64,000 bases of DNA from an uncultured delta proteobacterium (GCA_963812015.1 CAWETI010000002.1:768001-832000), one strand, 5' to 3'. Counted from the stretch's first letter, positions 30,603-40,403 are shown. Notes: a model not told the origin generated them from the letters alone. Program-made: numbers and translations.

Positions 30603-31568
30603 TTAAAAATGGTCGAATGGTATCCCCAACAGAAGCCTAACATGGTCCTCCACGCAATCTTCCAGCACCTCTAAGTTGTACCCACCTTCCAGCACTGTGA
30701 TAAGCCGACCTGAGGCTGTCTCCTGTGCCAAGTCCAAGATCAACTGCGCCATGTCCCGGTATCCCTGCCTTGTCACCCTCATTTCGGATAGTGGATCTTT
30801 CTCATGGGCGTCAAACCCCGCAGAGATAAAGACGAGCTGGGGCGCAAACTGCCGCAGCCGGGGCAGTGCCTCGCTCCTCAGGACCTCCAGGTACCCGGAA
30901 TCGCCACTCCGGATCGGAAGAGGTAGGTTCAGGGTAAAACCCTTACCCGCACCTTTGCCCTCTTCTTGGCGGTAGCCGGTGCCCGGGTAGCAATACCGCG
31001 GGTCTCCGTGCAGCGACACGAAAAACACCCGGGGGTCTTCCTCGAACAAGTGCTGGGTGCCGTTGCCGTGATGGACATCCCAATCGATGATGGCCACCCG
31101 CTTCAGACCGTATTTCTCCAGGGCGTATACCGCACCGATGGCCACGTTATTGAAGAAGCAGAACCCCATGGCCCGATTCCTTTCGGCATGGTGCCCTGGG
31201 GGCCTCACGGCACAGAAGGCGTTGTCCACCTGGCCGCCCATCACCGCGTCCACGGCCAACATCACTCCACCAACGGCCAGCAAGGCAGTCTCATACGAGT
31301 CTTTGCTGATGCCGCAGTCCTGCTCCATAAAGATTTGTTTGCCCTGTTCACAGGCCTCTTTAAACTGCTGGATATAGACTCGGTCGTGGAGCCGTTCCAC
31401 CCAGTCCAGCGGGGCGTAGTCGGGTCTGAGGCGTACCAATAGCTCAAGCACGTCGTCCATATCCAGATCGCTCTGGATTGCCTTCAGCCGGGCGAGACGT
31501 TCCGGATGCCCTGAGCCTGGATCATGCAATAGGTAGCGCAGGGCAAAAACGTAGCCAGTACGACGCAT
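30603..31568 (-). CDS. Histone deacetylase-family amidohydrolase
   Basis: HPERLARL, RPPGHHA, GFCFFNN, DWDVHHGNGTQ, SAGFDAH, LEGGY; ATG 31568 with SD. Confidence 0.94.
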   Translation of the reverse strand: MRRTGYVFALRYLLHDPGSGHPERLARLKAIQSDLDMDDVLELLVRLRPDYAPLDWVERLHDRVYIQQFKEACEQGKQIFMEQDCGISKDSYETALLAVGGVMLAVDAVMGGQVDNAFCAVRPPGHHAERNRAMGFCFFNNVAIGAVYALEKYGLKRVAIIDWDVHHGNGTQHLFEEDPRVFFVSLHGDPRYCYPGTGYRQEEGKGAGKGFTLNLPLPIRSGDSGYLEVLRSEALPRLRQFAPQLVFISAGFDAHEKDPLSEMRVTRQGYRDMAQLILDLAQETASGRLITVLEGGYNLEVLEDCVEDHVRLLLGIPFDHF

Positions 31569-31837
31569 AGCTATCTCCTGGTTTCCTTGCGTGTCAATAA
31601 TTAAGGCCCGTTTCAGCATAACCCGAAGAGCCAGGTCAGGCAAACCATAGGTATGGCCGAGGATTCTGCAATATTATTCTATCTCTCGCAGCACGAGTGG
31701 GAGCCAAGTCAAGCCAGAGATCGTGGCGTAGTCGTGGCATCACAATGGTAGGATGACCATCACCTCGGCTGGGCTATCGACAGTAGCATACTTCAAGACT
31801 ATTCATGGTTTCGGGTGAGCTGAAGGCTCATGAATGA

Positions 31838-32055
31838 CTGCTATGGCTGAGAACCTATCAAGACCCTAAAAACTTCCCATATCCAGAGCATATCAACACC
31901 TTTTACCCTGAGGGATTTCTGCCATTCTCGCCGGTAACCTGGCATTCCCCCAGCACCGACATCTGAAATAATCCTCTCCACAAAGGCCCCCGGAAGATAT
32001 CGAGATCATATCTGCAGTTTTTACTGGCTCGTGGATAAGTGAGGAGTGTGGCAAG
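31838..32055 (+). repeat. Cassette-site copy 6: long two-core form (218 bp)
   Basis: Cores ATAT-CCAGAGC-ATAT (31879) and ATAT-CGAGATC-ATAT (31997); ends GATAAGTG..GTGGCAAG directly at the IS110 left end. Confidence 0.87.
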
Positions 32056-32150
32056 TAACTATGATGCAAAGGAGAGCTCTGCCCGTCCTATCAGTTGGTG
32101 GTATCCTGGGATTCCAGACCAGTCTAACCACATCAAGATAGGAGGCTGCG

Positions 32151-33209
32151 ATGAGACGACCCAAGGGGCAGGTGAAAGGCGGAGAAGATTTATTTGTCGG
32201 GATCGACCTACATAAGAACAGGTGGCACATAACCGTTCGGACTTTTGACGTAGAGGTGTTCAGCGCCAGCATTCCAGGGACCTGGGAGTCTTTGCCCCGA
32301 GTTTTAGCTCGCTATCCCGGCCATCCCCTGCAGGCGGTCTATGAAGCCGGATATTTTGGATTTCGGCTTCATGACCGCCTGGTGGATCATGGCATCCCCT
32401 GCCTGGTTACTCCCCCCAGTCTGCTTCCCCAAGAATACGGCAACCGGGTCAAAACCGATCGGCGGGACAGCAGTAAGCTGGCGCATCTGTTGGCCAAAGG
32501 GATGCTGAAGCGGGTGTGGGTGCCCAGTGAAGAGGAACTTTATCACCGCCAGGTCATCCGTCGCCGCCGGCAGTTAGTCAGGGATCGGGTGCGGACCCAG
32601 AGTCGCATCAAGGCAGAGCTGAGGTTTTACGGAATTCGCCTAGAAGAACCACGAGGCAGATGGACCCAACTATACTGCGAGACTCTGCGGAGTATCAGGT
32701 TTGGGAACCGCTGGATGCAGGAGAGCTTCAACCGCCTGCTGGAGCAGTATAAATTTTTAAGTGCGCAGATCGATAAACAGACCCAACTGCTGCGGGAATT
32801 ATCCGAGACTGCTCTGTACCAGGAGCGAGTGGAGATTTTACAGAGCATCCCCGGTATCGGGATAATCTCTGCGATGGAACTGCTGCTGGAACTGCAGGAC
32901 GTGTCCCGTTTTCGACGGGCGGAACAACTGGCGGCTTACGTGGGTTTAACCCCGTCCCAATACTCCAGTGCGGATAAGGTGCGCATGGGCCGTATCACCG
33001 GCATCGGCAAGAATACCCTCCGGGCCATATTGGTGGAAGCCTCATGGAAACTGATCACCAAGGATCAGGTGATGCGCCAAAAGTACGAAAGGATCAAGAT
33101 CCGTTCGGGAGGGAAGCGTGCCATTGTCGCCATTGCCCGCACCCTGCTGCTGCGCATGAGGCGCATGTCGCTTGATGGTCAGGCATACGCCTTTCAACTG
33201 GCAGCTTAA
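32151..33209 (+). CDS. IS110 transposase/recombinase
   Basis: VGIDLHK, YEAG, KTDRRDS (DEDD domain); SIPGIG, AYVGLTP...SS. Confidence 0.95.
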   Translation: MRRPKGQVKGGEDLFVGIDLHKNRWHITVRTFDVEVFSASIPGTWESLPRVLARYPGHPLQAVYEAGYFGFRLHDRLVDHGIPCLVTPPSLLPQEYGNRVKTDRRDSSKLAHLLAKGMLKRVWVPSEEELYHRQVIRRRRQLVRDRVRTQSRIKAELRFYGIRLEEPRGRWTQLYCETLRSIRFGNRWMQESFNRLLEQYKFLSAQIDKQTQLLRELSETALYQERVEILQSIPGIGIISAMELLLELQDVSRFRRAEQLAAYVGLTPSQYSSADKVRMGRITGIGKNTLRAILVEASWKLITKDQVMRQKYERIKIRSGGKRAIVAIARTLLLRMRRMSLDGQAYAFQLAA

Positions 33210-33242
33210 GCATGCAAGTCCAACAAAAACCGGTTTAGGGTA

Positions 33243-33372
33243 TGGCGACTGATAACTGTGAGTGCCTTCCAATCGGCAACCACGTTGGCAAGTATGTCAG
33301 CCCTGATTGAATACCCCGGATTACTTACTTGCGGTCCCACCTGAGAGGGGAACCACGAATAGGAGACTGGCT
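33243..33372 (+). ncRNA. Putative bridge/seek RNA of the IS110 element
   Basis: Two stem-bounded internal loops carrying CTGATAACT/TTGGCAAGT (target-like) and TACTTACT/ATAGGAG (donor-junction-like). Confidence 0.7.
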
Positions 33373-33503
33373 TGGATTCTAACCGGATACTGCACCACCT
33401 CGGCTCTCTTGACTTTGCACATAGGAGTTAACAGAAGCAGTCACATGGTCTTCTGAACCTCTTCTGAGGGCATGAAGGGCTGGTTTATAGGAAGGGAATT
33501 CTT

Positions 33504-34004
33504 TCAAGGGGCGATCTTAGGGGCGGGGCAGGGAGCAGGGAGACCCCAATCCTGTAATTTGGCGAGGATGCAGGCCAGCAGCAGGGGCAGTATTGCTTGC
33601 AAGAGCTCAGAGAGCTCCAGGCCGGTTTCGATGATGTGGGGCTGGATACCGATGAGGCAGATTTCCCGGGGGGCGACGTCGAGGAGTTGGGCCGCGGCCA
33701 GCACGTCTATCAGGCCCAGATGATGCAGGGAATCTTTGCTGGTGAACAAGGCCGGAATCTCCTGATTTTCCAGGACGCCGATGCAGCCGGGCTCCTTGCG
33801 GAAATTTACCGCGTCGACAAAAATGACCCGGTCCCGGCCCTCGATGTAAGGGAGCAGGTCCAGACCGGCGGTGCCCCCATCCACGATTTCGAGGCCGGGG
33901 GGCATCAGGTAACGCGCCTCCAGGGCCCGAATGGCGTGGATACCTATGCCTTCGTCCCGGAGCAGGAGGTTGCCGAGACCTATTAAGGTTAGTTTTATTT
34001 CCAA
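33504..34004 (-). CDS. hybD: Hydrogenase maturation protease
   Basis: IGLGNLLLRDEGIG, DGGTAG, FVDAV, SLHH, GIQP. Confidence 0.88.
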   Translation of the reverse strand: MEIKLTLIGLGNLLLRDEGIGIHAIRALEARYLMPPGLEIVDGGTAGLDLLPYIEGRDRVIFVDAVNFRKEPGCIGVLENQEIPALFTSKDSLHHLGLIDVLAAAQLLDVAPREICLIGIQPHIIETGLELSELLQAILPLLLACILAKLQDWGLPAPCPAPKIAP

Positions 34005-34098
34005 ATGATCGGCCTCACGTCAAGCCGCCAAGGCGCCCAGTTAAAAAGGCGCGAGGCGCATTTGCATAAGCGCATCGGGATGAGCGTGCCTCCCAAAG

Positions 34099-34126
34099 AA
34101 GGGGCGGACCGCATGGTCCGCCCCTT
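34099..34126 (-). terminator. Strong hairpin between large-subunit and protease genes
   Basis: Perfect AAGGGGCGGACC-GCAT-GGTCCGCCCCTT. Confidence 0.6.
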
Positions 34127-34129
34127 GAA

Positions 34130-35830
34130 TTACAGAGCTTTGACCTCAACCATGGACTGGCCTTTGGGGTCCACCAAATGGATGGCGCAGGCCAGGCAGG
34201 GGTCAAAGGAGTGGACGGTGCGGACCACCTCCAGGGGTCGGTTGGGGTCGGCCACCGGGTTGCCCACCAGGGAGGCCTCGTAGGGGCCCAGAGCGTCGTT
34301 CTGGTTGCGGGGCCCGGAGTTCCAGGTGGAGGGCACCACGCACTGGTAGTTCTTGATCTTATTATCTTCGATGATCACCCAATGGGACAGGACGCCCCTA
34401 GGCGCCTCATGGAAGCCGAAGCCCCGGCTTTCGCCCGGCTTCATGGGGTATTTGTTGCAGATGGCGAGATCGCCCCTGGCGATGTTGTCCACCAAGGCCT
34501 GCCACTGGGTGTTGAGCTCATCATAAAGCACGGCGCAGCGGATGGCCCGGGCGGCGTGGCGGCCGATGGTGGAGTGGAGCGCCTCGAGCCCCACCTTGGC
34601 GCCAGCCAGCTTGCTAACGGTATCCAGGGCCAGAGTGGCGTACTTCTTGGTGGGCTCGTGGCCGGCGACGAACATGCAGAGGACGTTGGCCAGGGGGCCC
34701 ACCTGGGCCGGCTTGTCATAGAAGGACGGGGCCTTGACCCAGGAGTACTTGCCGTTGTCCTTGAAGCCGGTGTAATTGGGATCAGTGGATTCGTCATAGG
34801 GATGCTTGGTCCAATCACCCTTGTACCAGGAGTGCTTAATGGACTCCTTGACGCCCTCCCGGAAGTAGTCGTCGTGGTAGGAGGTGATGGGTTTGAAGCT
34901 CTTGAGGTCGGCGTTGGCGATGTAGCCGCCGGGCATGTTGAAGACCGTGCCCTTGGTGTCCATGGGCATGTCGGGCACCGACAGGTAATTGGTGACGCCG
35001 GCGCCGTACTTGGTCCAGTCGGCGTACATGGCGCCCACGGCGCAAACGTCCGGCAGGTAAACGTTCTTGACGAAGCCGCCCACTTCGTCGATGAGGGTCT
35101 TGATGTAATAGAGCCGCTCCATGTTGAGGGCGGAGGGGGAGTCCAGATTGATGGCGGTGGAGACGCCGCCGGGCACCAGGTTGGCGACGTGGGGCGTCTT
35201 GCTGCCCAGGATGGAGACGATCATGTTGGCCTTACGCTGGTAGTCCAGGGCCTGGAGGTAGTGGGCCACGGCCATAAGGTTGACCTCCGGGGGCAGCTTC
35301 ATGGCGGGATGGCCCCAATAGCCGTTGGCGAAGATGCCGAGCTGGCCCGAGGCCACAATGGCCTTGAGCTTGTCCTGGACGGCCTTCATCTCCTGGTAAC
35401 TGTTCCGGGGCCAGGAGGACAGACTGTCGGCCAGTTGGGCCGCTTTCTTCGGGTCGGCCTTGAGGGCGGAGGTGATGTCCACCCAGTCCAGGGCCGAGAG
35501 ATGGTAAAAATGCACCATATGGTCATGCACGGCGTGGGCGGCGATGATCAGGTTGCGAACGTACTGGGCGTTGAGGGGCACTTCCATCTTCAGGGCGTTC
35601 TCTATCGCCCGCACCGAAGCCAGGGCGTGGACCGTGGTGCAGACGCCGCAGATGCGCTGGGTGAAGGTGGGAGCATCCCGAGGGTCGCGGCCCTGGAGGA
35701 TGACCTCGATGCCGCGCCACATCTGGCCCGAGGACCAGGCGTTGGTGACTTTGCCGCCATCAACTTCACATTCTATGCGTAGATGCCCTTCGATCCTGGT
35801 TATGGGGTCGACGACAATTCTTTTAGCCAT
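34130..35830 (-). CDS. hybC: [NiFe]-hydrogenase large subunit (Hyb/group 1 type; Cys form, not NiFeSe)
   Basis: DPITRIEGH, RICGVC, DPCLACAIH with a cleavable C-terminal tail. Confidence 0.95.
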   Translation of the reverse strand: MAKRIVVDPITRIEGHLRIECEVDGGKVTNAWSSGQMWRGIEVILQGRDPRDAPTFTQRICGVCTTVHALASVRAIENALKMEVPLNAQYVRNLIIAAHAVHDHMVHFYHLSALDWVDITSALKADPKKAAQLADSLSSWPRNSYQEMKAVQDKLKAIVASGQLGIFANGYWGHPAMKLPPEVNLMAVAHYLQALDYQRKANMIVSILGSKTPHVANLVPGGVSTAINLDSPSALNMERLYYIKTLIDEVGGFVKNVYLPDVCAVGAMYADWTKYGAGVTNYLSVPDMPMDTKGTVFNMPGGYIANADLKSFKPITSYHDDYFREGVKESIKHSWYKGDWTKHPYDESTDPNYTGFKDNGKYSWVKAPSFYDKPAQVGPLANVLCMFVAGHEPTKKYATLALDTVSKLAGAKVGLEALHSTIGRHAARAIRCAVLYDELNTQWQALVDNIARGDLAICNKYPMKPGESRGFGFHEAPRGVLSHWVIIEDNKIKNYQCVVPSTWNSGPRNQNDALGPYEASLVGNPVADPNRPLEVVRTVHSFDPCLACAIHLVDPKGQSMVEVKAL

Positions 35831-35854
35831 ATTCACATTCTCCTTGACGCAAGG

Positions 35855-37000
35855 TTAGGCGTGCTCAGCCTCGGGCAGCACCGGGAATTTTTTGACGAAA
35901 TAGAGGTAGGCCATGAGTTCGATGGCCACGATTCCCAGGGTGATCAAAATTTCCGGGACGGCCGGGAAATAGTGCCACCCGGGCCCGGGGTTAAAGCCGA
36001 TGAGAAAGGTGTCGAACCGATAGAGGGAGCCTGCCAGGAGCAGGGAGCAGGACCCCAGGAACAGGAAGCGGAGGTCGCTCCTGAGCGAGGGGCTGACCGC
36101 GATCAGGACGGGCACCAGGTAAAAGAGATTCTCCAGGATGAACATGAAGCTCAGGAAGCCGCTGGTGAAGACCGGGGCGCCCCGGAACAGGAGGTCGACA
36201 AAACGGAGCACCAGGTAAGCTGCCACAACCCAGGCCATGACCCCGGTAAGCTTGGAGAGCATGGGAGTCTCAAAGGGTCGCTTGAAGGCGACCGAGGAGA
36301 GGATGGATTCGAAGGCCGTCACCCCAAAGCCCATGGCAATCGCCGAAAGCAGGAAGAACAGGGGCAGAAGGCTGGTCTGCCAGAGGGGCGAAAGCTTGTA
36401 GCCGGCAAGGACCATCAGGGTCCCCAGGGAAGACTGGTGCATGGTGGGCAGCAGGATGCCCACCGCGGCGATGACCGGCAGCCAGCGCTCCAAGCGCCGG
36501 CGGGTCTCCACGGCTTTGGCGTTGCCGGGGTAGCCCTCCAGAATGGTGGGCAGGAGTTCGATCCACAGGACCACCACGTAGGCGGCGATGCAGAGGGCTA
36601 CTTCCACCAGGACGGAGCTGAAGTTGGCCTGCCAGGGTAGGAAGAGCTTATAGCCGTTCCAATAGCGCCCGATGTCGAGGAAGATGGCCAGGCCCGCCAA
36701 ACTGTAACCGAAGACGCTGGTGAGTACGGCGGAGCGCACTACGGGGTGATACTCCCAGCGGTTAAAGACATAGATCAGGATGGCCGTGGCGTAGCCGCCG
36801 CAACCCAGGGCCGTGCCCACCAGGACATCGTATGTGATCCAGAGGCCCCAGGGATAGCCGTCGCTCAGGTTGGTGACTGCGCCCAGGCCGGCCATGAAGC
36901 GGTAGAGGATGAGGATGACCGCCACCACGGCCAGGGCCGCCAGGACCAGGAAGGGCTTGGTTACGATTTTGGGATGCAGATTAAGGGATTCGTCAGCCAT
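35855..37000 (-). CDS. hybB: Hydrogenase membrane subunit (NrfD/HybB family)
   Basis: TNLSDGYPWGLWI, LPTMHQSSLG, multiple TM helices. Confidence 0.92.
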   Translation of the reverse strand: MADESLNLHPKIVTKPFLVLAALAVVAVILILYRFMAGLGAVTNLSDGYPWGLWITYDVLVGTALGCGGYATAILIYVFNRWEYHPVVRSAVLTSVFGYSLAGLAIFLDIGRYWNGYKLFLPWQANFSSVLVEVALCIAAYVVVLWIELLPTILEGYPGNAKAVETRRRLERWLPVIAAVGILLPTMHQSSLGTLMVLAGYKLSPLWQTSLLPLFFLLSAIAMGFGVTAFESILSSVAFKRPFETPMLSKLTGVMAWVVAAYLVLRFVDLLFRGAPVFTSGFLSFMFILENLFYLVPVLIAVSPSLRSDLRFLFLGSCSLLLAGSLYRFDTFLIGFNPGPGWHYFPAVPEILITLGIVAIELMAYLYFVKKFPVLPEAEHA

Positions 37001-37012
37001 AGTGCCCTCCGT

Positions 37013-37978
37013 TCAAGGTAAATCCTGGTTGGTGGTATTTTTGTAGATCAGGTAAAAGAGGCCGCCGAGCAGGACGTAGGGGACGATCATGCCCTTATAG
37101 AGGGTATGATAGAGGGTCTCGGACTGGCTGGCGGTGGATGTAGGTGGCAACTGTGGTAGGTCCAATTTGTTGAAGGGGACGTTGGCCAACATGAGGACCT
37201 GGGTGCCGCCGCCTTCCCGGGCGCCATAGATGTGATTGATATACGGCGTCACCTTACGCTGGGTTTTGTCGGGCGAATCCACCAAGCGTAAGGGGTAATC
37301 GGCCATCTGCCCCGTGGTCAAAGACAACCGCCGTTTGGCTTCCTTCAGGAGATCCTGAACGTTGCCGTAGATCGAGGCGCCGGTGGGGCAGAACTCGCAG
37401 CAGGCCGAATAGCTGCCCTGGGCGATGCGATGGGAGCAAAGCTGGCACTTTTTGATCTGGGGAAAGGCTTTGTCCCACTCAAACTTGGGCACATTGTATG
37501 GGCAGGCTACCTGGCAGTATCGACAACCGATACAGACGTCCTTGTTATACGTAACGGCTCCGGTGTTGAGATCTTTGCTGAGGGCTCCCACCGGGCAGGC
37601 GGAGGTGCAGGAAGGATCGACGCAGTGCATGCAGAAGCGCCGGACGAAGGAGTAGCCGTTAATCGTCCGGTCTTTGACTTGGCCGGTGCCGTTGGTGTAA
37701 AGTTTAACGATGTTGTAGGTCTTGGCGGACAGGTCTATGGGATCGTCCCAGACGTTGTTGGGGTGGTAGTGGTCAGGGGGCAGATGGTTGTATTCTTTAC
37801 AGGCCGCCATGCAAGCCTTGCAGCCAATGCAGAGCGTGGCGTCGTAAAGAATACCCACGGCCTCGGGGAGGCGGGGTATGGGCTCTCGGGCTGCGGCCGG
37901 TACCGGGCTGAGACTGGACGCCAGCACCAGGCTCCCACTCGCGGAAACCTTGAGGAAATCTCGTCGGCTGAGTCCCAT
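37013..37978 (-). CDS. hybA: Hydrogenase 4Fe-4S subunit HybA
   Basis: Tat signal SRRDFLK; four ferredoxin Cys motifs; C-terminal TM. Confidence 0.92.
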   Translation of the reverse strand: MGLSRRDFLKVSASGSLVLASSLSPVPAAAREPIPRLPEAVGILYDATLCIGCKACMAACKEYNHLPPDHYHPNNVWDDPIDLSAKTYNIVKLYTNGTGQVKDRTINGYSFVRRFCMHCVDPSCTSACPVGALSKDLNTGAVTYNKDVCIGCRYCQVACPYNVPKFEWDKAFPQIKKCQLCSHRIAQGSYSACCEFCPTGASIYGNVQDLLKEAKRRLSLTTGQMADYPLRLVDSPDKTQRKVTPYINHIYGAREGGGTQVLMLANVPFNKLDLPQLPPTSTASQSETLYHTLYKGMIVPYVLLGGLFYLIYKNTTNQDLP

Positions 37979-37981
37979 AGT

Positions 37982-39178
37982 TTAGTCCTTCTTGGTCTCG
38001 GCGCCGGGGTCCGATTTTTCTTTGCCCAGCTTCATGGCGGCAACCGCGCCGGCGCCCACAGCCAGGCCGGCCAAACCGGCCGCCAGGCCCACGGCCGCGG
38101 TAGTAACGCCATGCCCCTCGGGGGCCTGAATGGGCGCAAAGGCGGTGGGCGGAGTCAGGCGCAGCTCCCCGCCCCCTACCCGGACTTTACCCTCCTCCAA
38201 GGGTAAACCCGCCGGGGTGAAATACGCCAGGCTGGCCTGTTCAGGTATGGGCTTGGTAAAGCCCACGCCCTTCTCGGAGCAGCCGAAGCAGGGGCAGCCG
38301 GTGCCCACCGGCCAGCTCCGGGGACCGACGTCGCCGAAGAGTTGCTCGGGGCAGTTGTTATAGGTCTCAGGCCCCTTGCACCCCAGTTTGTAGAGACACC
38401 AACCCCGACGATGGCCGTCGTCGCCGAACTCCAGGGCAAAGCGACCGGCGTCGAAATGCGCCCGCCGCTCGCAGCCCTCGTGGATGAGGCGGCGATAGGC
38501 AAATTTGGGCCGGGCCTTATCGTCCAGCTCGGGCAGTTTTTTGAAGGTCAGGACATAGAGCACGGTGGACAGGAAGTTATAAGGGTTGGGCGGGCAGCCC
38601 GGGATATTGATCACGGTAAATTTGCCGCCCAGGGCCTCGGCGGTGGACACGGCGCCGGTGGGGTTGGGAGAGGCCGAGGGGATGCCGCCCCAAGAGGCAC
38701 AGGAGCCGATGGCGATCACGGCCATGGCCTGGGGGGCGGTCTCTCTCAAGATGTCCAGCACCGGCCGGCCGCCGATCTGGCAGTAGATACCGCCGTCCTT
38801 GGTGGGAATAGAGCCGTCCGTCACCAGGATGAACTTACCCTGGTTTTCCGCAATGGATTTCGCCCTGGCTTCTTCCGCCAGGTGGCCCGAAGGCGTGCTC
38901 AGCGTTTCGTGATAATCGAGGGAGATGAGATCGAGGATCAGCTGCTCCACCGTGGGGTGGGTGGAGCGTAGCAGGGTTTCAGTACAGCCGGTGCACTCCT
39001 GGCCGGAGAGCCAAATGACCGGCGGACGCTTGAGGTTGGCAACTGCTTCGGCGATTTTGGCTCCCATGCCCAGGGGCAGCCCCATGCCCACCGCCGCAAT
39101 GGTGCAGAACTTCAAAAAATCTCGCCGCGATACCATTCCTAAATGCCTGGGGACCAGATCTGATTCGTGATCCTTCAT
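37982..39178 (-). CDS. hybO: [NiFe]-hydrogenase small subunit
   Basis: Tat SRRDFLKFC; ECTGC, GSCASWGG, PGCPPNP, CLYKLGCKGP; C-terminal TM. Confidence 0.93.
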   Translation of the reverse strand: MKDHESDLVPRHLGMVSRRDFLKFCTIAAVGMGLPLGMGAKIAEAVANLKRPPVIWLSGQECTGCTETLLRSTHPTVEQLILDLISLDYHETLSTPSGHLAEEARAKSIAENQGKFILVTDGSIPTKDGGIYCQIGGRPVLDILRETAPQAMAVIAIGSCASWGGIPSASPNPTGAVSTAEALGGKFTVINIPGCPPNPYNFLSTVLYVLTFKKLPELDDKARPKFAYRRLIHEGCERRAHFDAGRFALEFGDDGHRRGWCLYKLGCKGPETYNNCPEQLFGDVGPRSWPVGTGCPCFGCSEKGVGFTKPIPEQASLAYFTPAGLPLEEGKVRVGGGELRLTPPTAFAPIQAPEGHGVTTAAVGLAAGLAGLAVGAGAVAAMKLGKEKSDPGAETKKD

Positions 39179-39509
39179 AGATCCTCCATTGTAATAGGTG
39201 AGGTCGGGAGTTTTTCCCTCCTTGACGCCTTGTTAGCGCGGATGCACCGGTTGAACCTTATGAATTTTTCTCTCCTAAGATCCTCCTCAAGTTGAGGTTG
39301 GTCATACCTTAAAACCCACGGGCAAACAAATTTCAACGATCTGTGCTTGGCGCTTCCGGTGGTCTACAGATTTTGGCAGTTGCCAGATACCCCGCCCTAC
39401 AGAAAGCGGCGCTCGTCTGACTTAGGCCCAAGGTTGGAATCTGCCGTTCTGAGAAGGGCAGGGAATGGCGGCGAGGTTAAAGAAGGGAATGAAACGGGGA
39501 AAACCGTAC

Positions 39510-39699
39510 TTAGATTTCTTTACTCCCAGGCGCCCCTGCGGTTCTCAGTCGGGCTGATGGCGAGAGCCTTACCAAGGCCTCTCGGTAAACCTGGGTTCAG
39601 GATCTGCCGGAACCGGGGAAGAGCAAACGTAGCACCTGGGAATCACCTCCTTTGTTGAGGATGGGAAGCATTATAAAACCGAGTGCCAAACAAATGCAA
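39510..39699 (-). promoter_or_regulatory. Leader module A: sigma70 promoter, SD, 12-codon ORF, TGA and SECIS-like hairpin
   Basis: TTGCAT-N18-TATAAT; AAGGAGGTG; GTG 39635; TGA 39599-39597; CGAGAGGCCTT-GGT-AAGGCTCTCG. Confidence 0.6.
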
Positions 39700-39845
39700 T
39701 AGTTATTTCACAAAGGGTTATAGGCTTCCCCCTGCCATCGGGTTTTGGGACAGTTATGCAACCAGCCTGAGGGTGGCTGTTCAAATGCCTTCCTTTTCAC
39801 GGGGAGGGAGGAACCAGGTTGGCTGATGAGCAGACAAGAAAATTG

Positions 39846-40044
39846 TTGAATGGCATATCCTATCACCCTACAATGAAGCGAACTTTAGAAAAGGAGGTGG
39901 TTCCGGGTGTATCGGCCGTTTATTCCCATTAAGGTGAAATCCTGAAGCTCAGGCGACCGCAGAGCCTTGGTAAGGCTCTTGCTAGTATCCAGACTGGTAA
40001 GGGGTGGGGCGGATCACCTGGGATCGAGGTTTCCTTCGGATTAG
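39846..40044 (+). promoter_or_regulatory. Leader module B: sigma70 promoter, SD, 12-codon ORF, TGA and SECIS-like hairpin
   Basis: TTGAAT-N17-TACAAT; AAGGAGGTG; GTG 39907; TGA 39943-39945; GCAGAGCCTT-GGT-AAGGCTCTTGC. Confidence 0.6.
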
Positions 40045-40403
40045 CTGCACAAGTCCGGCGTTTCCTTCTGTAAGGTAAGACCTCCCCAAGTTACTATCCC
40101 TGTTAATCCCATCCAACCTGTGGTCTCTAATTCAATAACTACCTGATTAATTTTGATATTTCTGCGTTGCGGCGCGCTTGCCTAGTGCTGCGCCACGATG
40201 GAAGAAGACTGCCCGCAATGGTCGGCCCATCGCCCAGATGGACAAAACCTTCGTGGTTTCCTTGAACGGGCCATCGACATGGTCCATTTCCGGGATCAGC
40301 AGGTCACGTCTTCCCTTGCTTTGGCTTGTTAAGGTGAGGCTACACTAAACCACAAAGGAGTATTAATGGCAGTGATTGTCAGACAACCAAGCAAGGAGAA
40401 GGA

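Larger units (their letters stand above)
32057..33428 (+). mobile_element. IS110-family (IS1111-type) insertion sequence
   Basis: Sub-terminal IRs TATG-A-TGCAAAG-GAGAGC / GCTCTC-TTGA-CTTTGCA-CATA; AGT core at both junctions; the circle junction would form TTGACT-N17-TATGAT. Confidence 0.88.

Noticed and set aside
34130..35830. [NiFeSe] hydrogenase
   Set aside because: The C-terminal motif is DPCLAC with Cys codons and no in-frame TGA.
39180..39300. Multiple GGA motifs upstream of the hydrogenase small subunit as CsrA sites
   Set aside because: Indistinguishable by eye from SD-like purine tracts; no supporting hairpin context established.
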